From NCBI RefSeq assembly GCF_018977255.1, contig NW_024704743.1, forward strand, positions 7,008,001 through 7,072,000: a stretch of DNA of 64,000 nt, read 5' to 3'. The notes under the pieces are model-generated. The model worked only from the letters and a program-made list of their open reading frames with translations. It did no database searches and was not told where the DNA came from. This document shows, piece by piece, positions 25,301 through 39,014 of the stretch (its first letter is position 1; each line of letters starts with the position of its first letter). The position numbers and the translations under genes were made by a program. This DNA comes from Callorhinchus milii (taxonomy: Eukaryota).

Positions 25301-27289
25301 TGGACAAGCACTGGTGTTCTGGACATTAGAAAACGAACAATTTCCTGAAAAAGAATGTAAGGTCAAAATAATCAGGATTACTCAAACAGGTTTATTGGTA
25401 GGTTATGTAAAGCAGGTTTACTGATATTGATCATGGAATGTCATGTGCCTTTAAATGGAATGTGCACTCTCCCTGCAGAGATGCACTTGGGTTACATAAT
25501 TCTGGAAAGTATTAGGTGCAGGTTGGCTTGGGGACTGCAGACTATGTGCCAGTAGTTTAGTAGTTTACAGCAGCTCCTGTAGTTTATTCCATTTTTTGCA
25601 CATGACTTGTCACTGACAGCAAACTTCCCACTGCTTGTCCAACGGGAATTAGGAAGAGTGAATAAGATGTTTCTGTGTATCTAGAGCATTGTTTGAAACA
25701 AGTTTAGCCAGTTCTTTAAATGCTTGAATTATCAGCAATTCTATGATTAAAATACTACATCTAAACTGCTTGCATAAAACTGGGTATGTTCCCTGTAGAG
25801 ATGCAATGCAATCTCCAAAAATGCAAAATATAAGCATGAAGATTTAAGGATGGGACATGAAAGTATCAGTATTCTAAACCACTGATGATCTTATTCAATA
25901 TATGATGGATTGTTGTTTTACATTAGAAAGATCCTTACTGATATGTGTTTCCACTGAATATTTGTCTGGCCTCGCTGTCCCTGGGTTAGGAAAAACAGCA
26001 ACTACTGTAGGAAATCTCTGGGCACAGAACCAAAGAAATGTATTGCACAGAAGAAAGTCACTCAGTTTGTGCTATCTCTAAAAAGACCATCCTTTTTGTC
26101 ACGTTTCCCTGCCCTTTCCCCATTCTATTGTTTATCCCCTTTTTCAATATCTTATCTAAGTTCCTTTTAAAACCTAATATAGATTCTGCCTAAAGCACTC
26201 TGCCGGCAAGTAAAGTATTCTGTATCCTGGATGAAACAATCCCTTTTGCTTGTTTGATAGCTGTCTTAAACCTCCCTACTTGCTTGTTTGATAGCTGTCT
26301 TAAATTGATGCCCTCTCATCAGACTCACTTACCAGTGAATGATGGTAAGGCCAAGATGAAGCTCAGTTATAATCCCCCACTGGTTAAGAAGCCTCCCTAC
26401 AGTCACTCACATTCCTCACCTAAGTATCCAATGCTTTGTGTGTGAGCAAGGTGAGGAATGAAACCATACTGAAGTATCAGTCACTGATTTGGGAGGAATT
26501 AGAACTGAGGTCACTTCTTCAAATAGAGATTTGCTCTTCCCCAGAAACCTATAGAGGTGGAATTGATGTTTAAAAGAGAGAGACATAAGGCATACTTGGG
26601 TAGTAGTGATATTGAGGAGTATGACAAGATCTGCTAAAATTGAATAAACTGGTGGAACAGGCTCTTCCATTCCTTTTTCCCGATGTTCTTTGGAGGCAAA
26701 GAGAAAAAGTTACTGGGTTGTGTGGTTTACTCCAGCCTGATACACAATCACAGATGAAAAGTGGGGTTCATAACTTTTGGTATTCTGTTATTAATTAAAA
26801 TTCATATGAATTGTAATATAATAGAACAATTGTTCACTCATTGTTGGAATATTCAGTGATATGTGAACCTAATGTTCTGTATTTTTTGTGTAAGATAGAC
26901 AAACATTTACATTTTAAGCATTAAAATATGTTATCTTCTCAAAGAAACCAAAGCAGACCTGTTGAGTCAGTTATAAAGACATCATCAGTCGCCCAAGAGA
27001 TGCCTGCATTTCAAGACCATCCATCATACTATAAGGAAATGGCAGCAATGAGCCTCAACAATGCAAACAATTTAATTGTAAAGTCTGCTTTACTTCCTTG
27101 GGCTATTAATGTCAACCATAAAATATAGAGTCAATCCACTTTGCAGTATATCCTGTAAAGTGCTTTGAGACATCTCAATGTGATAAAAGTGCTATATCAA
27201 ATGCAAGGATTATTATCAATATTCAGATATGCAAATAAAAAAAATCCTATAAATGTATAGTTCTCTAACTTAATGTGTACAAAACCGAG

Positions 27290-27690
27290 GCTAACCTCTT
27301 CAATTCCCATCAGAGCCTCCTTCTAGTCAGGACCTCACTATCTACCTCCCCGGATACTCACTCCAGCTGTGCAGAGCCTTGATGTTTTGTTTGATTCTCA
27401 ACTGTTTAAATCTTTCATCCTGACTGACACTATCTCATTTCAACACAGCCAAAATGCTCATACACACCTTTGTCACCTCCAGATTTGATTTGCCCAATAT
27501 TCTGCTCCCAGGCCTTCCCAGCTCCACCCTCCAATCAGCCAGAACTCTTCAGCTCACATTTTGCCTGCACTAGGCTCTGTGGCTCCATGACCACCCTGTT
27601 TCACTGATCTCTATCCCAATGGATTGATTTTAACGTGATTACCTACAAATGCCTTCACACGCTGAGGCTCTTTGGTCTTGAAAGGCGATG
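27290..27690 (+). mobile_element. Degenerate L2 fragment
   Basis: gttttgtttgattctcaact, tttgtcacctccagatttga and ggattgattttaa, decayed L2 ORF2 motifs. Confidence 0.6.
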
Positions 27691-28065
27691 TGTCAGAAGG
27701 GCCTTATAATGTTTTAAATGGGATTGAAAAAAATCCGGAATAATACTTTCAGATGGACCAAGACAGGAGAACAAGAGGACATATGTTTGAAGTTACAAAG
27801 TATTTTTTCACCCAGAGGATAAGTAACAACTGGCCTGCTTGGTTCCGCTGCCCACTCTACCTCCTCCATCAGCAGAGAAAGTTAAGGGACGATCTGTTAG
27901 AGGTGCTTATGATTATGAAGAGTAAATAGTAAGATATTATTTCCATCAATTGGGAAGTCAGTCATTTTCAGACTTCCTTTCAACATGGGGTTCAGCAGGT
28001 TTTTGGTAAAGCATTTTAATAGCCATGTGTTACCACACTGTCTAATTCTAAGGTAGCTGCAGATA

Positions 28066-28255
28066 GGAGTCCTGTAGCTCAGTGGTTAGAGCACTCGCTT
28101 TGCAAGTGAGAGACCTGAGTTCAATTCCAGGCAGAGGGCGAAATCTTGGGCCCACAAAAAATATACAGTCAATTCACTTTACAGTGTGTTCTGTGAAGCG
28201 CTTTGGGACGTCCTCCTGACGTGAAAAGCGCTATATCAAATGCAAGGATTATTAT
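28066..28255 (+). mobile_element. Young tRNA-Ala-derived SINE with central deletion
   Basis: Intact head ggagtcctgtagctcagtggttagagcactcgctttgcaagtgagagacctgagttcaattcc (A and B boxes) joined directly to the 3' body at gggc|ccacaaa. Confidence 0.9.
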
Positions 28256-28788
28256 ATGTTTGCAAAGTAATTGAATTGTAGTACTGAGTAAAGGCTGAAG
28301 GTGGCAGAGTTACATCAGTTACCATAGGCTTCTACTACTGCAATAAAAATATTTTATGACTGATAAAAATAAGGGAAACTTTATTCAGGGCTGGGGGTGT
28401 GCTGCATTGTTTAATAATAATAACCCTTGCATTTGATATAGTCCTTTATTAAGTCTTCAAGGCATCTCAAAGCTCTTCAAAGAAAATATTATTTGGTAAA
28501 TTGACTCTATTTTGTGGGCTGTTGGAGGTATTGTCCTTTGGATGAAAAGTTAAACCGAGGTCCTGTCTGCCTGTTTACATGGATGTTAAAGATCCCATTG
28601 TACTATTTGAAAAGAGAAGGGAGTTTCTCCTGGTGTTCTGGCCAACAATCCCCCAAATAAAATTGGTCACTTAATGGCTGTTTTGGGGACATTGCTGTGC
28701 ACAAATTGGCTACTGGATTTTGCCTACAAAACACAGTCATTACACTAGTAAATTCTGTGAAGCACTTTCAGACATCCTCTCAACCAAA

Positions 28789-30445
28789 AACAACAACAAC
28801 AACTTGCATTTATATCGCGTCCCAGAGCTCTTTACGGTGGTGGAGTCTGACCCCGACCCAGAGGGAGGGCAGAGGTTGTAAGCACGATCAAAAAGGAAGG
28901 TCGTTAGGCGGGATTTGAAAGTGGGGAGGGAGGGGTCAAGGTCGAGAGATTGAGGAGAGAGTTCCAGAGTTTCAGGGCATAGTGGCTGAAGGCACGACCA
29001 CTGATGATGGAACGGAGGGAACAAGATTTGAACAGGAGGCCAGAAAGAGGCCAGCCGAGCGGAGGCAACTTTGGGGTAATGGGAGTTAAGCAAATTGGAT
29101 AGGTAGGGAGATGCAAGGGCATGAATAGATTTGAAAATGAGGGAGAGGTTCTTGAAATCGATCCGTTCAGTAATTGGGAGCCAGTGCAGCCTGGCAAGGA
29201 CTGGTGTGATGGGGGTATGGAGTTTTGTGCGGGTGAGAATCCAGGCGGTGGTGTTCTGAATCAGTTGTATTTTGTGTATGGTGGAGCTGGGGAGAACAAC
29301 GAGGAGAGCATTGGAATAGTCCAGCCGGGAAGTCACGAAGACGTAGACAAGAGTTTCGGCTGCTTTTGCTGTGAGGTACCAACAGAGGCGGACAATGTGT
29401 CTGAGGTGGAAAAAAGCGATTCTGGTCAGGAAATGGATGTACGGCAGAAAAGAAAGCTGGGGATCGAACCTGACTCCTAAATTGCTCATGGGTTCAGTGA
29501 ATCTGAGCAAGAGCCTGGGGAGGTTGAGGGGTTCAGACCCACAAGAGAGATGTTGATGGGAGACGATGAGCATGGCTTCCATCTTACAGACATTCAGCTG
29601 CTAGAAATTGCGCTCATCCAGGCTTTGATGTCTGTCAAACAAGCTGACAGGACATCAGTGGATTGGGATTCGTAGCTGGAGGAGGAGAAGTAGATTTGCG
29701 TGTCATCCGCATACAGGTGGAAGTTGACCCCATGTCTGCGGATGACATTGGGGAGAGGGAACAGTGTGTACATAAGGAAAAGAAGGGGGCCAATGATGGA
29801 GCCTTGGGGTACCCTGCAGGTGACCTGGTGGGGGCGGGAGGGAAAACCTTTTGCTGGGATGTATTGTTGGCAGTTAGTCAAGTAGGACTCGAACCATGCA
29901 AGGTGGATGAAGGAGGAGAGGCGGTGGAGGAGGATAGATGTGGTCGACTGTGTCGAGCGTAGTGGAGAGGTCAAGGAGAACGAGGAGCCAGAGGGAGCCC
30001 TGGTCAAGGAGAGAGAGGACGACAGAGCCTGAGGAGAGGGACTGGTTGACTATCAGCCAACTGTGGGCAGACGAGAGGGAGTTGAATGACCAGAAGCTGG
30101 GTGGTAAGGGGTTCGAGGCAGCAGATGGTGGGTTTAATCTTGGTGATCGTGGGGGACAGGGAGGCAGGAGAGATGGAGGCAAAGGAGTGTAGGGTGTGTA
30201 CAGTGGTAGGAAGAGAGGATGGTGAGGGAGGCATGGGTTGGGGTGGGGGGTGGTAGAAGACGTGACTTGGTGGGGGTGGGGTGGAGAGGAGCCAGGTTGT
30301 CGATCTTGGAGATAAAGAAGTCCAGGACCTCTTCGAACTTGGCATCAGAAGTGAGGATCGATGGTGCTTGAGAGGGCGCCTGGAGCAGGTGGTGGTTTGT
30401 GGAGAACAGTATTTGGGGCTTATTTTTGGCCCAGAGAATAAGCAG
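28789..30445 (-). mobile_element. L2 LINE, 5'-truncated, RT region, frameshifted
   Basis: [54 protein letters not shown] and LARLHWLPI; (caa)n tail. Confidence 0.93.
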
Positions 30446-32187
30446 TGAAAGGCACTACATCACATGCAAGGATCACTATAAACAATGAGAAAATAAAAGA
30501 TAAATGGCAAAATAGCATTAGAGACAGAATCTAAGCCAGGTGACACAGAGAATAGGAAAGCTGAGAGAAAACTGACAGAGAAAGATGATGATGAAGTTCT
30601 AAAGAGGTAAACAAACAATAGAAAATGGAATAAAACCAACAGAGACGAGGAAAAATAGGACAGCGAGAAAAATAATCCTCTTATAAAGGTTCTGGGGAAG
30701 GGTCCATGGGTAGCCATTCTTTATTTGTGCCCTGGACTGTGAGTGTTGGAAACAAATGGGAGAAAAGTGCCAAATACTGTTAAAAAAGTTACCTTAAATT
30801 TATTACCCCCCTTCCTGCAGTTTTGCTTTCACCTGAATTAATATTTTGGGTTGATGCTCTATGTTCTATTTCATATTTTATTTACCTCAATGACAAATAG
30901 AGCTGATAATAGTAGTAATAATCCTTGCATTTGATGTAGTGCTTTATCACAACATTGAGAAGTTTCAAAGTGCTTCACAGAATGTATTGTAAAGTGGATT
31001 CACAGTGTATTTTTGCAGGCGACACAAAACTTTCATAAGCGCAAGCAAGACCAAGTTCCACAGCCCAAAGTATTGGAGAATCACGTCCTTCTGCAATGTA
31101 AGGAGAGCATGTGTTGGTCGATGCTCTGGAGTTAACATTGCTCATTTTGTTAGTGGTTTCCGTGGTTTTCAGTGATTTGCAATTTGTCTGAAATATTGTG
31201 GTGAATATAGATATATCAAAAGAGCCATCCTGATATCCTTGTGGCAGTTTGCCAACAATTTTTGTGGTCTTATAAATTTCCAAAACATGGTTAGTGAAAG
31301 ACAGAAAAGCACAGTGAAACATGCTCCCCAGGTGCAGCAGTACAGAGGAAACAACTGTCTGATATCCTGTTAATAACATTGCTGCCGCAATACCTCATCC
31401 TCTCTCTTTCTGATGGTGTATTTTATCTTGGCTAAACATAGAAAGGTGAGGATTGTGAGCTGTGATGTTATCACAACACTGATCATGCCACCTTGCACTT
31501 ACACAAGGCGGCACCTGTGGAGCAGCCAATGTCTTCAGCTTTTGAAAAGGCATTGGATGGAGATCAGAATGAAGACTGTAGTCAATTTTCTCCCTCCTTA
31601 GCTCGTGGAAGCTGAGCCCAATTGAAGTGTCCTGATTTGTCACTGGCTCAGCACAAGTAAGAAAGAACTTGCAGTTTTGTAACCACCTGTATATATCTCC
31701 AACCACTTTACAGTAGTCATTACCAAATGTAGTGAATGATTTTTAGGCCATTTGCAGCAGCCATTTTGTGCACAGCTAATTCCTATAAATAATTATGGAG
31801 TGACCAATTTATCTGGTGGATTGTTGGCCATGAGACTGGAAGCAACTCCCTTCTCTTTTCGAAGTAGAAACCAATACTAGTAACTGCGGGTCAGCCTGGA
31901 CTTATAAATGTGTGTTGGGCTTGAATCCACAACCCTCTGACTCAGAATGCTACCAACTGAGCCAATTTGGTCATTAAGGGTATTCCTGGTCTGTATGGCT
32001 CAGTTGTGCACTAACCAACTGAGTTATTGGGGAGCTATTATTTTCTTCTTCAAAGAGTTTTTCTCTGGAGCTCAGTTCATTGGTATTTTGAGAAGTGATG
32101 TATTCCACTGAAATTGGGGAAAGGGAAAGGTATCATTGATTGTATATGCAAAGTGCCAGTCAGCCTTGCATTGCAGGCAGAACTCAT

Positions 32188-32320
32188 AATAATATTAATT
32201 AATTAATAATATAATTAATAATATATATTAATAATATAATATAGTATTATAATAATATTAACAATATTTAAATATATTATTAATTATAATAATATATTAT
32301 AATATTAATAATAATAATAT
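32188..32320. repeat. AT-only low-complexity tract (expanded SINE tail)
   Basis: ~130 nt of almost pure A/T abutting the tail of a minus-strand SINE at 32320-32467. Confidence 0.85.
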
Positions 32321-32486
32321 ATTTGATATAGCCCCTTATCACGTCTTTGAGACGTCTCAAAGTGCTTCACAGAATATACTGTAAAGTGAATTGACTGTGT
32401 ATTTTGTGGGCGAAAAGCAGCAGCCAATTGCACACAGCAGCGTATCACAAACAGTCGTGGATTGAAGACATGTCAAAGTAAGGTTC

Positions 32487-32595
32487 TCAGAAAGTAAAAT
32501 AAAATAATAATAATCCTTGCATTTGATAGATTGCCTATCATCAGAAAGTAAAATAAAATAATAATAATCCTTGCATTTGATAGATTGCCTATCAT
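32487..32595. repeat. Perfect 54-bp tandem duplication over a SINE tail
   Basis: tcagaaagtaaaataaaataataataatccttgcatttgatagattgcctatca occurs twice head-to-tail. Confidence 0.92.
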
Positions 32596-33146
32596 GTCAG
32601 GATGATGTCTCAAAGCACTTCACAAGATTTCCTGTGTATTTTGTAAGTGAACACGGCAGCCAATTTGGGCACATCAATGCTCCACAAACAGCCATGGGGT
32701 GAATGGCCAATATTATCTGGGGATTGTTAGCTCGGACACTATGACAAACTCCCTTCTGTTTTCATATAGTGGCTTGCGATCTTTAACATTCACCAGAATA
32801 AGCAGCCAGGACCTCATTTTAATACCTCCTTCAACCATTCAGCACTCCCCTAGTGTCAGTCTGGACTGTGAGTTCAAAGTGAATCGGGTCCTAATGTTGC
32901 AGGGACTGTAATGAGTTAGTTAACTTTACAAAGTGGGCAAAATAAAATACAAAACAACTCCCAATTATTTGCTCTTGAAAACTAAGCTTCATTATTTTCA
33001 AGTAAGTCAAAAGCTACTGTATGAAAGTTACTGTATGAAGCGCTCTGAGACGCCGTCCGGTGTGGAGGGCGCTATATAAATCCAAGTTGTTGTTGTACTG
33101 TATTGGTATTGAGAAATGGCAGTTTCTCTCAGTCATTGTACATATG

Positions 33147-33165
33147 TGTCCACCAGATGGGGCTA
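33147..33165 (+). promoter_or_regulatory. Candidate CTCF site
   Basis: tgtCCACCAGATGGGGCta is a close match to the CTCF core consensus and lies in non-repetitive DNA. Confidence 0.5.
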
Positions 33166-33919
33166 CAGGATAGGTGCCCCAGCCCCTGCCTCTGCAATCC
33201 AGTCTCAATCCCCAAGACACCCCATTAAATAAACTCTTTCCAGCAGTGGGAGTTTAAACGGCTGTCAGTTTTCCTGTACTTAATAGTGCGTGGGAATAGG
33301 GCAGATGCTGCAACACGTGTTGGCAGAAATGTTGGTAGATCAGAATTTAATTGAGACAAATAAATATAATCCCCCTGAAGAGACAACAATATCTGTTTTG
33401 AAGCTGCGTGTTTTATTATATATATATATATGTAGAATCATTTTGCCATTATTTGATCAAAGACATATTCAAATTGTAATTTTTCAAATTGTAATTTTTT
33501 ATTTAATTCTTGGAGTCCCATAGTTTAGTGGTCAGCTCGCTCGAATATCAAATGCAAGGATTATTATTTTTAAAGTTTGCGATTGTGGTTTAAGAACAAT
33601 TTCTCTGCCAATGGGAACATTTGTGTTTGTTAAATATATTTTCCGATAATATATAGTGAAAAAAAATGCAGATTTTCTGTATGAGGCTCAGTCCTTCCTA
33701 GGAGCCATTTTGTAGTGTTTGTAAGTGCTCTTAAGGTTACATTGCTGTTCAAAGTTTGGCAAGTACTACACTTAATCCAGACTTCACAGCACGGCTGATT
33801 TCTCTCTCTTGTTACTGTTATACATAGCTGCTGGTTTGAGTCCTGTCTCCTGTCAGTCATCCCAAAATGCAGATTATACTCGACATATAAAATAGACTCT
33901 TCCCCATGCACATTCAGTA

Positions 33920-34140
33920 ATAATTATAATAATATTCCTTGCATTTGATTATAACACATTACCATGTCGTTGAAACGTCTCAAAGTGCTTCACAGAATAT
34001 ACTGTAAAGTGGATTCACTGTGTATTTTGTAGGCAAAACCCGGCAGCCAATTGTGCACAACAGTGTCCCACAAACAGTCGTGGATTGAGTGACCGCATTT
34101 TTGTTTGAGGGATTATTACCCCTGGAAAGCGATCTGCCAA
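33920..34140 (-). mobile_element. tRNA-derived SINE, 3' part
   Basis: Family body in reverse. Similar minus copies at ~30905-31035, 35407-35670, 37240-37425, 38833-39005 and 50285-50575. Confidence 0.82.
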
Positions 34141-35814
34141 TTTTTTTTTAATAATGTATTTCCATCAAAGAAACGTACTGACGAGCAGAATTTCACCTCC
34201 CTGCTCTATGCAACAAGAATGATTTGACCATCTTATCCTGTACTTTTAGATCCTATGATTTTAGATCCTATATCTCTGGAATTCCCTCCCTTTCCCCTCC
34301 ATCCCAAAAGGCTCTCATTTTTACATTCCCCTGAAAACCCAGCTGCTTGGCCACCTCCTCTTCCCCCTCTCCTTTGCTTGGTGTCTGGCCCGTCCTTATA
34401 GTGTACTTCAGGCAATGCTGGTCGGGAAGGGTGCTATGTAAATGTAAATTGTTGTCGTTTACACCTATGAATCCAGTAGCCATCAATATGCAACATTTTG
34501 GATTCATAGCTACGTATTAACAGGAGCATTGAAGCCCAACATCACTGTCCCTCAAAGACCTTGGCTTTAGGTCTCATTTAAAGGACTGCACTGCACCTCT
34601 GACAATACAGCAGTTCCCCAGTACTGTACTTTAATGTCAGGCTGGACTATGACTTATAGATCTTATGTGGTACTTGAAAATTATAAAAGCCTAGCGTAAG
34701 CTTGTGGGAAAATAACAGAACTGTGTTGCCCAGTCAGAGTTTCAGCTTTAATCCAGTTCAGGCACAAAAACAGAAGCCAGTTTAACAATATTAATGCTCT
34801 TTTACAACACGATTCTACATTCTGTTCTGGCAGGCAGAGATTATGTTTCAGTTCTATTGTGCTGACTTTAATTACTTTTAAACCCATTATACTGTTATGA
34901 ACAGAAAAAATTGATAACAGTAATTCACTTAGAATCACTCTGTCTGGGACAGTATATTAATGAAATAATATTTCCTTTCAACTTATTGCTGTCTCCCAGC
35001 AAAGTTTCCTTCATAGTTTCAGAAAACTGCTCAGACTTAAATGATTAAAGTGCATTACCTGCTAAATAAAATGAGCTTAGCTGCCACAGCAAGTTACAGC
35101 ACAGGGTATGTTTTGCCTTGTGGGATCTGGAAACAAATGCAGCCCAGACTGATGGGTTGAAAGCTTTCCTCTCTGCCTGCTTTCAGTGAACTCGATTCAG
35201 ACTGTCTCAAGCCAGACAGGAACATACAAAGGCCTCTTCAGCAATGGTCAAAGGCCAGCTGAACCTCAGTTGCATCAGAACCACCATTTTTTCCTGCAAG
35301 TGGTAGACTAACTTAAGGATGTTTCAATGTGCAAATGGTGCTATCAATGACACCACCCAATTAAGCCACCTCTAGCTTGCACCAGTTGAGAGAGATTCGA
35401 ATTCTGAATAATAATACTCCTTGCGCTTTATCACGTCTTCGAGATGTCTCAAAACTGTTCACAGAATATACTGTAAAGTGAATTGACTGCATATTTTGTC
35501 AGCAAATCATGGCAGCCAAATGCACGCAGAAACAGTCATGGATTGAATGACTAAATTATTATTACTGTATTTTATTTATTTTATTGAAGGGATTATTACC
35601 CCCGGAAAAGCAATCGACCACAAGCTCTCGCTTGTGAGGCAAGTGCTCTCACCAATATACTACAGAACTCTAATACGCTACTGAATGAGGCCAATATTAT
35701 TTGCTTAGGACAGCCAGAGAGTGTTCGGAACTCTTGTTGATCAACATCAATGGTGCTATGTAACACACATATTGAATGTAGTGGCCTAAAATAGTTCCCA
35801 CAGCTGACTGGCAG

Positions 35815-36440
35815 CCTGAGCTAGGAGAAGTGGGGGTAGAGAATGGCTGAAAGTGTGGTTTAAGAGATAAGTCTTCACGTGGATTTTGAAGGAGGCGAGG
35901 CAAGGTGGAGGGACTCCAAAATGGAGCTCCACAGGGCGGAGGGCTGACAGGAGGGGTGTAACAGGCAGGAAAGATAGGGCCGGACAGTGCTTGTGGAATG
36001 GTGTGAGTGGCTGGGGCAGTCTCAGAGTGCTTAATAGTGGTGGAGCCTGACTCCGAGCTGGGATGGGGAGGTGACTGTAAGCACAGTTGAAAGGAAAGTT
36101 TTCAAGCAGGATTTGAAAGAGGGGGCAAGGCGGAGGGATTGAGGGAGAGTGTTCCAGAGTTTTGGGGCATAGTGGCTGAAAGCACGACCTCCGATGGTGG
36201 AGCGTAGGGTGCGAGGGACGAGCAGGAGGCTGGTGCCAGTTGAGCGAAGGCGCCAGGTGGTGGATTGGGGAGCGAGGAGGTCGGAGAGGTAAGGAGGTGC
36301 CAGAGAGTGAGTGGATTTGAATATGAATGTGAGGATCTTGAAGTCGATTCGTTCGGTAATGGGGAGCCAATGGAGCCTGGGCCAGAACTGGAGATGGGGG
36401 TAGGGAGTTTGGTCCAGGTCAGTATGCGGGCAGCAGAGTT
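35815..36440 (-). mobile_element. L2 3' fragments (two adjacent pieces)
   Basis: gttccagagttttggggcatagtggctgaaagc and ggggagccaatggagcctg are L2 ORF2-end motifs in reverse. Confidence 0.8.
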
Positions 36441-37602
36441 AATCCTTACGTTTGATACAGCATCTTAAATGTTGAGAACGTCTCAAAAGGCTACTTCAAA
36501 TTTCTGTGCAGTGAAGTGACTGTGTTTTAGTATTTGAATGCCAATTTTTCCATACCTTTTTAGGCTTAATTTAGTGTTTGCTACAGAACCATTCAAATCT
36601 TAAAATCACAGCTTAGCTGGTTGTATGTCAAGCCCAATGCATGTGGATCTTTGAACTCATTGTCGAGGCTACCACTCCAATGCCACTTTGGGGGAGCACT
36701 GCAATGTCAGAGGTGACAATCCTTCAGATGTAATGTTAAACTGTCAGCTTGTTCAGATGCACCTTAAAAGAACACATCACCCTATTGGAAAAGAGAAGGG
36801 AATTCCTCCCAGAGTCCTGTCTAACAATCCTCTAGATAAATTGCTCATTTTATTTCATAACTCCTCGCATTTCGTGCAGGACACAAATTGGCTTCAATGT
36901 TTGCCTACAAATACACAGGCCTTTTCTTTGTGTCGCTGCAGATCTTGTGGTGATAGTGCTTCCACGTCAGGATGGTGTTATGTTGTGTGTTTAATTCAGC
37001 TCTGACTGAGAATCAAACTTGCACATTTCTGAGCTTGCCCCAGTCTAGCCTTTGATTTTCTTGTTTTCTTTGGTGTGGCCTAAAATTCGAGGCGGTTTTA
37101 TGCCTAGAGTCTTTGCCGATATTGGACGCTAATGGGATTTTCCTCATTATAATCCCTGTAAGGCACTGCACTAACGCTGACCAGAATTTCAGTCCACTGT
37201 ACTGTGTTGCAAAGCCCTTTTGCTGCCTCCACTTTTTCTGTGAAAGCTCTTCACAGAATATACTTCAAAGCAAATTGACTGTATATTTTGTGGGCAAAAC
37301 GCGGCAGCCAATTGCGCACAGCAGCGTCCCACAAACGATCGTGGATTGAGTGGCCAAACGTTTTTCTTGAAAGAATTATTACTCACAGAAAGCGATCCGT
37401 CAATCAATTTACTACCAGGTTCCTAAAGTAAAGTGAAGGTGTAGAGTGAGGCAGGCAGGTGAAAAAACATCTGACTAAAATAGCTACATAGAGGTGCTGG
37501 TTTCATGAAGGGCTAGTGCTTTAAGGAAAATTAAATCCTTTCTTTAAAAGAACAAGGAAGGCTGTTCCTATTGTAGGTAATCTGACTGCAGAAATTGGTG
37601 TT

Positions 37603-37956
37603 AATAATAATAATAATCCTTGCATTCACGACATTGAGATGTCTCAAAGGACTTCACAGAGTATACTGTTAAGTAGATTGACTGTATATTTTGTGAGTGA
37701 AACACAGCAGCAATTGCACAGGAATGTCCTCAAAGCAGTGATGGATTGAATGACCAAATTATTATTATTATTATTTTTGAAGGGATTATTACCCCGGAAA
37801 ATGATCTGCCAATTGACTAACAATCCCAGTTCCTGCCAGGTAAACAGAGATGTGTGGAGTAAGGAGACTTGCCCATTGTTTCGCCCTGCCTGGGAATCGA
37901 ACCCAGGTCCTCTCGCTTGCGAAGCGAGTGAGCTAACCACTATGCTATAGGATTCC
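37603..37956 (-). mobile_element. Full-length tRNA-derived SINE
   Basis: Head (reverse) ggaatcctatagcatagtggttagctcactcgcttcgcaagcgagaggacctgggttcgattccc through to the (att)n tail. Confidence 0.88.
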
Positions 37957-39014
37957 ACAAGACACATTGTTTAAGGCATATTGATATAACAATGTAGTGA
38001 TTCACCTGCCTGGGAGTTCTCAATACAAACACTGGGTACATCAGTCGGGAAATGTCACCGAACCTCAGCTCGAATGAGCAGAAAATTCTCTCTGAGAAAA
38101 AAAAGCCATAACTAGTAATAAACAAGTCTGGGTCTGTTGTTTGTACTGCAGTGATGCTTCTTGTTTTTCAGTGAATTGAAATATGTGCTTTATGTTATTG
38201 CATGATATTTAGTCTATCTCTTGGGTCCGTTTGTGGGCAAACGAGCAAAATATCGTAGAAGGAATGCATCTCCAAATTTTCAGGTGATTGACAGATAAGA
38301 TATGTGTGCTGTACGCTGGATTCTGATTACACATTCTTTCTTCAAACATGCCTCATTTGGAATGGCTGCGTCAGCGGGAGTGCTGGACACCATAATGTTT
38401 CTGTCTTAGAGCAGTTAATATTCTTCCATTGTGGTTGGACTTCTGAAGTGACCTGTATTTGTAGGGGCCACCGAGTTACCAGGAGATCCAGCCTTTTCTT
38501 TATTATGAACCCTACGGGGTGCTGGATATAATCGGCTTTCATATCAAGATATTGCCATAGAAATGGTGACAGTCGGCATTAATATTTAAACATTAGTTCA
38601 GTTGTTTGTAGGATTATGTCTGGCTGTAATGAAAATAATTGAATCATATCAGTCAGTTAAGATTAAGACCTTTTATTACTGTACATTCAGAAACACTCTA
38701 CAGGCAAACATTTTTTATTCACGGTGGACTTACATAGAGAAACACGTTTCGTGTTTTTGTTATTTTCCCAATCACACCCCACCCCCCACCATTTTATTCC
38801 ATCCAGTACCATACTTTCAAACAGAGGAAAGTCTTAATAATAATAACCCTTGGATTTTATAAAGCGCCTTATCAGGTCTTCAGACTTCTCAAAGCGCTTC
38901 ACAGAATATACTGTAAAGTGAATTGATTGTATGTTTTGTTTGTGTAACGTGGCAGCCAATTATGCACAGCAGCGTCCCACAAACAGTCATGGATTGAGTG
39001 ACCAGGAACATGTT

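Noticed and set aside
28066..28140. tRNA-Ala(TGC)-like sequence (also at 47990-48061 and other SINE heads)
   Set aside because: No proper acceptor stem, and it runs directly into the SINE body and tail. It is a SINE head, not a tRNA gene.
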